From Candidatus Bathyarchaeia archaeon (GTDB lineage Archaea; Thermoproteota; Bathyarchaeia; Bathyarchaeales; Bathycorpusculaceae), in contig JBEKGO010000052.1 in the NCBI GenBank assembly GCA_050012755.1, positions 1 through 10,191 of the forward strand: 10,191 nucleotides of DNA, written 5' to 3'. A program made the position numbers and the translations under genes. Each line of letters starts with the position of its first letter. Within the stretch, counting starts at the first letter, position 1. This document shows positions 1 to 6,230 of the stretch, in pieces. A model generated the notes under the pieces. That model had not been told where the DNA came from. It searched no databases and saw only the letters and a program-made list of their open reading frames with translations.

Positions 1-75
1 CCCTGAAAAATTCTCTTGCGAGAGTCTAATAGTCAGCTTTTCTTCTTCACATGCATTTTGGAAAAAGTCAATCAT
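1..75 (-). CDS. 5' end of a hypothetical CDS running off the left edge (MIDFFQNACEEEKLTIRLSQENFSG...)
   Basis: Manual reading: ATG at 75-73, preceded by SD-like AAGGTGGAG; frame open for 25 codons to the window edge. Too short to assign a family. Confidence 0.4.
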   Translation of the reverse strand, partial: MIDFFQNACEEEKLTIRLSQENFSG

Positions 76-230
76 TTTGTATGCTCCACCTTCTTTAGAA
101 CTGACGTAATATCATTTCAGAACGCTTTTAGTTTTTGCGTCTCTCGGTGCTTACGCTATTCTGCGCGGTCAAAAAATTCTGCTCTTAGCCTATCTTGATT
201 GCTTCTTTTGGGTTTGTCGTTGCTGTATAA

Positions 231-246
231 TTAATCAACTGATTAA
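231..246. promoter_or_regulatory. Perfect inverted repeat TTAATCA-AC-TGATTAA, candidate operator
   Basis: 7-bp arms with a 2-nt spacer in intergenic DNA. AT-rich, so chance is possible. Confidence 0.3.
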
Positions 247-261
247 AACAACCAAACTGCT

Positions 262-276
262 AAAAAAAGAAGAGAG
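262..276 (-). terminator. Oligo-U archaeal terminator after the zinc-finger ORF
   Basis: Minus strand reads CTCTCTTCTTTTTTT immediately after the stop. Confidence 0.4.
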
Positions 277-396
277 CTAACTGAATTCTACCTTCACACA
301 TGCCAAACAACAACCGTTATTCCTTTCGAATTGAATCCATGAGATAGGTTTTCTGCATATTTTACAATGATAAGAGCTTTTAGAATTCGGGTCTAT
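277..396 (-). CDS. Putative zinc-finger microprotein, 39 aa (IDPNSKSSYHCKICRKPISWIQFERNNGCCLACVKVEFS); start uncertain, possibly ATA
   Basis: Manual translation, absent from the ORF track. CKIC-x15-CLAC knuckle pair; TAG at 279-277 followed directly by a pyrimidine/T7 tract; no in-frame ATG/GTG/TTG upstream of the Cys motifs. Confidence 0.5.
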   Translation of the reverse strand: MDPNSKSSYHCKICRKPISWIQFERNNGCCLACVKVEFS

Positions 397-434
397 TCCA
401 CTTTTGATGTTGAAAATAGTTAGAAAAACAAGAC

Positions 435-442
435 TTTTTAAG
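435..442 (+). promoter_or_regulatory. TATA-like box TTTTTAAG, possibly shared by the divergent genes
   Basis: About 25 nt upstream of ATG 466 with an A-rich BRE-like stretch upstream; reads CTTAAAAA on the minus strand toward the zinc-finger ORF. Confidence 0.4.
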
Positions 443-465
443 CCTAAAAGAGGAGTAAGCCATGG

Positions 466-696
466 ATGAAAATGAAACCTGAAGGATATATGGAGTATAA
501 GCGCAGAGAATTTTGCAAAGACGTTAAATGCCCAGTTCAGATAGAGCTAAACAAACTTGCGGAAGCTTCGCAAACGTATGAGCAAACAAGGCACAAGTGT
601 AGTAGCGGATGCTTATACACAACATGGCAGTTTCACCATTGGCTCATAGAAAAAGGTTATTTAATTCTAAAACCAAAGGGTTCCACGGAGAAATGA
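466..696 (+). CDS. Small Cys/His-rich hypothetical protein, 76 aa, probable metal binder
   Basis: C-x4-C ... C-x3-C ... FHHWL pattern; GAGGAG at 450-455; its TGA overlaps an in-frame ATG of the next gene (ATGA 693-696). Confidence 0.75.
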   Translation: MKMKPEGYMEYKRREFCKDVKCPVQIELNKLAEASQTYEQTRHKCSSGCLYTTWQFHHWLIEKGYLILKPKGSTEK

Positions 697-698
697 CT

Positions 699-1496
699 AT
701 GGATTGGGGTATGAAAAACCGATTAAGCAGACTTATCCAGAAAGATGGCAAAGCCGTCTTTTTGCCGGTTGACCACGGATACTTCCAAGGACCAACACAT
801 TGCCTTGAGAAGCCAGGTGAAACAATCAAACCGATCTGCCAGTACGCAGACGCCATAATGCTTACACGCGGTGTACTGAGAAACTGCATAGACCCAGCTA
901 TTGAAAAACCAATCATAATGCGAGTTTCAGGTGCCGTAACTGTAGTGGGCGAAGACTTAGCAAACGAAAGCATAGTTACATCCGTTCAAGAAATTCTGCG
1001 GTTAAACGCCTCGGCAGTTTCCATGTCTGTTTTTGCGGGAACAAAATATGAAAATAAAAGCCTAAGCAACCTAGCCAAACTTGTTGATGAGTGCGAGGAT
1101 TATGGCATACCAGTTATGGCTGTTACAGCTGTTGGGAAAGAACTTGAAAAACGTGAAGCTCGATATTTAGCCTTGGTTGCCAGAGTTTCAGCTGAATTAG
1201 GCGCAAGAGTTGTTAAGACTTACTATTGCAAAGAAAACTTTGAAAAAGTCGTTGATGGCTGCCCAGTGCCAGTTGTTATGGCAGGCGGACCGAAAACTGA
1301 AACCCAAAAAGAAGTATTCGACTTTGTTTATGATGGCATTCAGAAAGGCGCGATAGGAGTTAATTTGGGAAGGAACGTTTGGCAAACCGAGAACCCCGTC
1401 GCCGCAATCAGAGGAATAAGAGCTATCGTCCATGACAACTATACGCCGCAAGAAGCACTAGACCTTTTTAATCAGGTAAAAGCGGGCAAAGATTAG
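699..1496 (+). CDS. lsrF: LsrF-type thiolase / DhnA-family class I aldolase
   Basis: MDWGMKNRLSR N-terminus, DHGYFQGPT, TRGVLR, Schiff-base Lys in VVKTYY, AGGPK, GRNVWQ. Start set at ATG 699 (GGAG 687-690); ATG 693 is an alternative; the ORF-track start at 609 is too early. Confidence 0.9.
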   Translation: MDWGMKNRLSRLIQKDGKAVFLPVDHGYFQGPTHCLEKPGETIKPICQYADAIMLTRGVLRNCIDPAIEKPIIMRVSGAVTVVGEDLANESIVTSVQEILRLNASAVSMSVFAGTKYENKSLSNLAKLVDECEDYGIPVMAVTAVGKELEKREARYLALVARVSAELGARVVKTYYCKENFEKVVDGCPVPVVMAGGPKTETQKEVFDFVYDGIQKGAIGVNLGRNVWQTENPVAAIRGIRAIVHDNYTPQEALDLFNQVKAGKD

Positions 1497-1526
1497 CCTA
1501 AACTTTCTTTTTTCTTGGTGAAAAAG

Positions 1527-2555
1527 TTGCTGACTGCCGTTTACTACAACAACCATGACGTTCGAATCAAAGAAGCGCCAATTCCGCAAATAGGCGAAGA
1601 TGAGGCATTGCTCAAGGTTATGGCGAGTGGCATATGCGGCAGCGACGTTATTGAGTGGTACCGAGTTCCTAAAGCTCCAATTGTTTTGGGTCATGAAGCT
1701 ACAGGGGTCATCGATAAAGTAAGCCACAAAGTTAAAAATCTCAAAGTTGGAGACAGAGTTTTTGTTTCACACCATGTTCCATGTAATCAATGCCGTTATT
1801 GCCAAAGAGGCAACCACACAGCTTGTCACACATTGCGCACGACAAATTATTACCCAGGTGGCTTCTCACAGTACGTTCGAGTGCCAAAAATCAACGTTGA
1901 ATTCGGCATCTACAAGTTGCCAGATGACATGTCTTTTGAAGAAGGCACCTTTATTGAGCCGTTAGCCTGCGTTTCCCGTGGTCAACGGTTAGCAGGATTA
2001 CAAAAGGACGACACCGTTTTAATTATTGGGGGCGGCATCGCGGGCATTTTGCACACACAACTTGCCAAATTCAAAAGCGTGCAAAACATCATTGTTACAG
2101 ATATTAACCCGTACAGGCTGGAGATTGCAAAGAAATTTGGCGCAACCCAAGCGTTAGATGCAAAAGAGAACTTGCCTCAGAAGCTTAAAGAAGTAAACGA
2201 CGGCAGGTTAGCCGACCAAGTTATCGTCTGCACAGGCGCAACCTCAGCCGCATTATCAGCCTTAGACTGCGTTGAAAACGGAGGAACAATCCTGTTTTTT
2301 GCCGTGCCAGACCCAACAGTGAAGCTTCCAGTGCCCATTAACCAGTTTTGGAGAAACGAGATTACGATACGGACAAGCTATGGCGCTGCGCCAAACGACT
2401 TGGAAAATTCAATGCGTATCTTGGCAACTAAAAAACTTAATGTTAAAAATATGATTACTCATCGACTGCGTTTAAGGGAGGCGCAGGAAGGTTTCAGGTT
2501 GATGGCTGAAGCTGGGCAATCATTGAAAGTTATTTTGGAACCCAACCGCCCTTGA
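1527..2555 (+). CDS. Zn-dependent medium-chain dehydrogenase (sorbitol/threonine dehydrogenase-like)
   Basis: GICGSD and GHE catalytic Zn ligands, structural Zn motif CNQCRYC-x7-C, Rossmann GGGIAG, Asp in TDINP suggesting NAD(H). Start taken as TTG 1527 after GGTGA at 1517-1521. Confidence 0.9.
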   Translation: MLTAVYYNNHDVRIKEAPIPQIGEDEALLKVMASGICGSDVIEWYRVPKAPIVLGHEATGVIDKVSHKVKNLKVGDRVFVSHHVPCNQCRYCQRGNHTACHTLRTTNYYPGGFSQYVRVPKINVEFGIYKLPDDMSFEEGTFIEPLACVSRGQRLAGLQKDDTVLIIGGGIAGILHTQLAKFKSVQNIIVTDINPYRLEIAKKFGATQALDAKENLPQKLKEVNDGRLADQVIVCTGATSAALSALDCVENGGTILFFAVPDPTVKLPVPINQFWRNEITIRTSYGAAPNDLENSMRILATKKLNVKNMITHRLRLREAQEGFRLMAEAGQSLKVILEPNRP

Positions 2556-2596
2556 ACAGTTAAGAGATAAAAAGACAAGCAAACATACTCTTTTTC

Positions 2597-3211
2597 ATGC
2601 AAGACCTATTTAGGATAATCAAAGATAGACGAAGCATCAGAAAGTACCAAAACAAACCCGTTCCGCGAGGATTGATTGAAGAAGTGTTGGTTGCTGCTGG
2701 TTGGGCTCCTTCAGCTCATAACGCTCAACCATGGCGGTTCATAGTTTTAACTGAAGGTTCGGCAAAGAAGAAACTGGCTGAATCCATGGCTGAATCTTGG
2801 GCTGCCGACATGGCAAAAGATGGTTTGAAAATTGACGAAGAGGTTCGCAAGGCTAGGGTTGAAAGGTTCGCGACTGCTCCTGTTGTAATTGTTTCTTGCT
2901 CTACTGTTGAGGGCATGAACAAACAGCTCAACGCAGAGAGACAGAATATTGAACGGGATTTGGCGATGCAAAGTTTGGGTGCAGCAATGCAAAACTTGTT
3001 GCTGACTGCCTATTCAAAGGGTTTGGGTGCATGCTGGTTTTGTGCACCAAGCTTTTGCAAAGACACCGTAAGAAGGGTGCTAAAAATTCCTGCTGAGGTA
3101 GAGCCGGAAGCGTTGGTTGCCATGGGTTATTCTGCTGAGAAGCCGACTGTGCCACTCAGAAAAGTGCTTGGCGATTACTGTTTCAGAGATAAGTGGGGCA
3201 AAAAGTTTTAG
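2597..3211 (+). CDS. FMN-dependent nitroreductase-family protein, FbiB C-terminal domain / FbiE-like
   Basis: RRSIRKY, APSAHNAQPWRF, GAAMQNLLL, GLGACW, MGY motifs. The segment M-x3-W-x2-D-x3-DGL resembles the mycobacterial FbiB C-terminal domain as recalled from memory. Confidence 0.88.
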   Translation: MQDLFRIIKDRRSIRKYQNKPVPRGLIEEVLVAAGWAPSAHNAQPWRFIVLTEGSAKKKLAESMAESWAADMAKDGLKIDEEVRKARVERFATAPVVIVSCSTVEGMNKQLNAERQNIERDLAMQSLGAAMQNLLLTAYSKGLGACWFCAPSFCKDTVRRVLKIPAEVEPEALVAMGYSAEKPTVPLRKVLGDYCFRDKWGKKF

Positions 3212-3531
3212 GATTTTATCATTGTTAAAAGCATTTTGAACTTTGTTTTGGCAGTTAAAGCATGGGGTTCGTTGGCTGGCACAATAATCATTTCGCCCTG
3301 CCTTAGCTGTAATGGCTTACCCGATATCGTTATTTCAACTTCGCCGTCAAGAACATAAACTAAAGCTTCGTAAGGCGCCTTGTGTTCGCTTAAACCTTGA
3401 TTTTCGTCAAAAGCAAATAGAGTTATTGTCCCTGTTTTCTTGCCAATAATTGTTCGGCTTACAACTGAGCCTTCCTGATAGTCAATTAAGCTTTCAAGCC
3501 TTGAGACTTTTGCAACGAGCTGTTTTGATAT
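3208..3531 (-). CDS. Single-domain cupin protein, 107 aa, with ATA at the apparent start (non-canonical start or start-loss pseudogene)
   Basis: Manual translation, absent from the ORF track: (I/M)SKQLVAKVSRLESLIDYQEGSVVSRTIIGKKTGTITLFAFDENQGLSEHKAPYEALVYVLDGEVEITISGKPLQLRQGEMIIVPANEPHALTAKTKFKMLLTMIKS. Cupin motifs H-x4-E...VLDGE and GEMIIVPANEPH. GGAGATGA lies 7 nt before ATA. Its stop overlaps the nitroreductase stop. Confidence 0.82.
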   Translation of the reverse strand: MSKQLVAKVSRLESLIDYQEGSVVSRTIIGKKTGTITLFAFDENQGLSEHKAPYEALVYVLDGEVEITISGKPLQLRQGEMIIVPANEPHALTAKTKFKMLLTMIKS

Positions 3532-3620
3532 TTCTCTTTCATCTCCTGGCGCTAATTAGTCCCCAGTCTTGCGCATATCCCTCTATAATTCTTTCGCGTT
3601 CATGACAAGCCCAGAACCTT

Positions 3621-4001
3621 TTAACTATCAGGGATAAAATCCATTGAAATTGAATTTACGCAGTGCCTAGTATCTTTTTCTGTGAAATGCTCACCAACAA
3701 AGACGTGACCTAAGTGGGCGCCACAGTTGGCGCATTGAATTTCCGTTCGTACACCGTCAGGGTCGGGCAGCCGATTAACTGCGCCGGGAATTTCCTTGTC
3801 AAAGCTTGGCCAACCGCAGTTAGCTTCAAACTTGTTTTCTGAACGATAGAGCTTTGCTCCGCAGCGTTTGCAAACGTAGGTGCCTTTTTCCCAAAAAGCA
3901 AAATATTTGCCGGTAAAGGGCATTTCGGTGCCTTTGCCTGATATAACGTGTTCCTCTTCTGGAGTTAGCTTCTTAGTGGTTTCTTTTTGAGAAGCAGTCA
4001 T
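3621..4001 (-). CDS. msrB: Peptide-methionine (R)-S-oxide reductase MsrB, zinc-containing type
   Basis: GTEMPFTG, CKRC and CANC Zn ligands, GWPSF, RTEI, HLGHVF, catalytic RHCVNS. Start taken as ATG 4001. Confidence 0.95.
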   Translation of the reverse strand: MTASQKETTKKLTPEEEHVISGKGTEMPFTGKYFAFWEKGTYVCKRCGAKLYRSENKFEANCGWPSFDKEIPGAVNRLPDPDGVRTEIQCANCGAHLGHVFVGEHFTEKDTRHCVNSISMDFIPDS

Positions 4002-4110
4002 AATTACCAATTACAACTATCGTTTTTATGTTAAAAAAGGATTCTGAAGGTCTATTCCTGGAAAACGAATATAAGAAGCGCTAATAAAATTATTAGTGAG
4101 GTTCTTTGTT

Positions 4111-4392
4111 ATGGTTGAAATTAGCAGATTATTCTGGAAAAAAGCATATACTTCTGACGGAATTTTGCTTGGCGAAGTAGAAAGCGCTGAATTAGACATG
4201 AGTACCTGGCAAATAAAGAGTTTCTACGTTGGTTTAACTGACGAAGCAACGAGAATGTTGGGATTCAAAAGACCGTTTCTTGGGAAATTGGTGGTTTGTT
4301 TACCTGTTTCCATTATTAAATCGTATCAGGACACAGCTATCTTGAACCAAACAATGAAAGAACTTCGCAGCCTCAAAGAATGCAAAGAATAG
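4111..4392 (+). CDS. Stand-alone PRC-barrel domain protein
   Basis: ISRLFWKKAYTSDGILLGEVESAELDMSTWQI fits the PRC-barrel pattern, with C-terminal LPVSIIKSYQDTAIL. GAGGT at 4098-4102 precedes ATG 4111. Confidence 0.8.
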   Translation: MVEISRLFWKKAYTSDGILLGEVESAELDMSTWQIKSFYVGLTDEATRMLGFKRPFLGKLVVCLPVSIIKSYQDTAILNQTMKELRSLKECKE

Positions 4393-4397
4393 TCTAA

Positions 4398-4420
4398 TTC
4401 TTTTGTTTAAAAGGAAAAAA
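4398..4420. terminator. Back-to-back T-rich/A-rich tracts between convergent genes (bidirectional terminator)
   Basis: TTCTTTTGTTT followed by AAAAGGAAAAAA between the stops at 4392 (+) and 4429 (-). Confidence 0.45.
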
Positions 4421-4428
4421 TTAGTTAG

Positions 4429-4833
4429 TCATCCAATTTTTCTATGAGCAGTTACCATGCGAGTTGCGGGAGACCCTGCTGAGGTTTCCCTCTTACTGCG
4501 TTTTCTAAGGAATAACGACAAAATCAAACCAAACACTGCGACTAAACCGATTATGAAGACGGCAACGATAAATGGCGAAGGCAGAGGCAACGCTTTTTCA
4601 TATTGAGTTGACTGAGGCTGTTGGGGCACCTGCATAGAAGTCGGCTGTTGCGTCTGTGATGAATTTGCTGTTGGACTATGTGTCGGGACAGATGTTAAAG
4701 CTGAAAACGCAGTTTTATTGATCACATTTTCATCAACAACGGTTTTCTCAGCCGCTTTATTTGGCGCGCAAATCAAGAGAGTTGTAGTTATTAAGATTAT
4801 ACTGAACAGTGCTGTAGCCGTAATTTTTTTCAT
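4429..4833 (-). CDS. Membrane-anchored surface protein, 134 aa: signal peptide, S/T/P/Q-rich linker, C-terminal TM helix, basic tail
   Basis: MKKITATALFSIILITTTLLIC signal-like start with GAGG upstream of ATG 4833; low-complexity PTHSPTANSSQTQQPTS; TM FIVAVFIIGLVAVFGLILSLFL followed by RKRSKR. Confidence 0.75.
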   Translation of the reverse strand: MKKITATALFSIILITTTLLICAPNKAAEKTVVDENVINKTAFSALTSVPTHSPTANSSQTQQPTSMQVPQQPQSTQYEKALPLPSPFIVAVFIIGLVAVFGLILSLFLRKRSKRETSAGSPATRMVTAHRKIG

Positions 4834-4874
4834 TTTCCTCACTGTTTTTGTGGGCTGGTTTGGCAATAAAAGAT

Positions 4875-4931
4875 TTTTTGTCAACATTTCTTGACTAAAA
4901 TGACTTTTTAAGTCAAGGTTTCTTGACTAAA
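4875..4931. promoter_or_regulatory. Two tandem palindromic sites GTCAA-N6-TTGAC with a 32-bp period
   Basis: GTCAA-CATTTC-TTGAC at 4880-4895 and AGTCAAG-GTTT-CTTGACT at 4911-4928; shared 13-mer TTTCTTGACTAAA. Confidence 0.65.
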
Positions 4932-5112
4932 TTAAAAATGTGGTTTTGGGTTCTTGTTTTTTCTTGTTTTCTTCTTCTCTCTAACAGCCCATCCTCGGGT
5001 TCACCAGAGGAACCGAATAAGCTATAGCCTTCTGATCCAAAAAAGATAATTCTACAATCAGTTCACTTTCACTTACCCCTCCACTTAGCAAATAACCCCC
5101 ATTCTTCGGTTG

Positions 5113-5121
5113 TTTTAAATA
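5113..5121 (+). promoter_or_regulatory. TATA box of radA (TTTTAAATA)
   Basis: Matches the archaeal TTTAWA consensus about 37 nt upstream of ATG 5158. Confidence 0.55.
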
Positions 5122-5157
5122 TGCCAACATTACATCATCATTCAAAGTGTGGAAATA

Positions 5158-6228
5158 ATGACTGAAGAAGATGCTGAAAATCAGAAAGAACAGGAAGAAG
5201 AACAACTACCTGAAACCACAAAAAGACAAATTGAACTAAACAAGGAAAAATACCAGTTTATAGAAGATCTTCCAGGAGTTGGACCCGCCACAGCCCAGAA
5301 ACTTCGAGAACTCGGCTACCACACTGTCGAGTCGTTAGCTATGGCGACATCGCGGGAACTCGAGCCAGTTGGAGTGAGCGAAAAAAAGGCTTTCCAAATT
5401 ATAGAAGCTGCGCGATCATCCATCGGCATTTCCTTCATCCGCGCGGATGAACTTTTCGAAATGCGCAAAAACGTTCTGCGTTTAAGCACAGGCAGCAAAG
5501 CGTTAGATAAGGTTGTTGACGGCGGTTTAGAAACACAAACGATAACGGAATTTTATGGTGAGTATGGCAGTGGAAAAAGTCAAATGTGCCATCAACTATG
5601 CGTGAACGTTCAGCTTCCGCCTGAGAGAGGGGGACTTAATGGGGGAGCATTGTATGTGGATACAGAAAATACTTTCAGGCTTGAGCGTATAGTGCAGATG
5701 GCTAAATTTTTAGGTTTAGATCCTGAAACAGTGGTGAAAAACATCATTTACGCTGAAGCATACACTTCAGATCACCAAATGTTCCTTCTTGAAAACGCTG
5801 ATGAAATAATTAAGGCAAACAACATCAAATTAATCATAGTTGATTCGTTAACAGCGCATTTCCGAAGTGAATATCTCGGAAGAGAAATGCTAGCCTCAAG
5901 ACAGCAAAAACTAAACAAACACATGCACAAAATAATCGCTTTAGCTAGAGCATTCAACGCAGTAGCAGTCGTAACTAACCAAGTAATGGCTAAACCCGAC
6001 CAATTTTTCGGCGACGCAATCCACCCAATCGGCGGAAACATCGTCGGCCACACAAGCCACACCCGCATCTACCTCCGCAAAGCACCTCATGGACCTATAC
6101 GAATTGCAAGGCTGGTTTCAAGCCCGTATTTGCCGGAGGGAGAGGAAATAATTAAAGTAACAGAGAATGGTATAGAGGATGTCTCAGAAGAAGAGAAAGC
6201 TGAGAAAGCAGGCAAGAGTCGACGGTAG
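5158..6228 (+). CDS. radA: DNA repair and recombination protein RadA
   Basis: N-terminal HhH DLPGVGPATAQKL, FIRA polymerisation motif, Walker A GEYGSGKS, Walker B LIIVDS, FRSEYLGREMLASRQQKL, TNQV. No intein. Start taken as ATG 5158. Confidence 0.97.
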   Translation: MTEEDAENQKEQEEEQLPETTKRQIELNKEKYQFIEDLPGVGPATAQKLRELGYHTVESLAMATSRELEPVGVSEKKAFQIIEAARSSIGISFIRADELFEMRKNVLRLSTGSKALDKVVDGGLETQTITEFYGEYGSGKSQMCHQLCVNVQLPPERGGLNGGALYVDTENTFRLERIVQMAKFLGLDPETVVKNIIYAEAYTSDHQMFLLENADEIIKANNIKLIIVDSLTAHFRSEYLGREMLASRQQKLNKHMHKIIALARAFNAVAVVTNQVMAKPDQFFGDAIHPIGGNIVGHTSHTRIYLRKAPHGPIRIARLVSSPYLPEGEEIIKVTENGIEDVSEEEKAEKAGKSRR

Positions 6229-6230
6229 AT

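Noticed and set aside
16-198. 60-aa plus-strand ORF
   Set aside because: TTG start, no motif, composition typical of an antisense read; overlaps the better-supported minus-strand start at 75.
72-230. Minus-strand frame LYSNDKPKRSNQDRLRAEFFDRAE*RKHRETQKLKAF*NDITSVLKKVEHTK* as a decayed gene
   Set aside because: Two internal stops, no start and no recognisable homology; cannot be supported without a search.
609-692. N-terminal extension of lsrF in the ORF track
   Set aside because: Lies inside the upstream gene; the recognisable LsrF N-terminus and SD point to 693/699.
644-3155. Shadow ORFs 644-973, 1197-1451, 1458-1727, 1747-1965, 2725-2931, 2747-2992, 2928-3155
   Set aside because: Antisense or off-frame to clearly identified genes, with no motifs.
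4834-4887. N-terminal extension of the membrane protein
   Set aside because: Runs through the putative promoter and palindrome; the signal peptide and SD fit ATG 4833.
4995-5016. Small GC-richer hairpin TCGGGTTC-ACCAGAG-GAACCGA
   Set aside because: Single short bulged stem; no tRNA or other recognisable RNA architecture.
4981-5205. 74-aa minus-strand ORF, and a possible C/D-box RNA (ATGATGA near 5141, CTGA near 5060)
   Set aside because: Overlaps the radA start and TATA box; the C-to-D distance (over 80 nt) is long for an archaeal guide and internal boxes are unconvincing.
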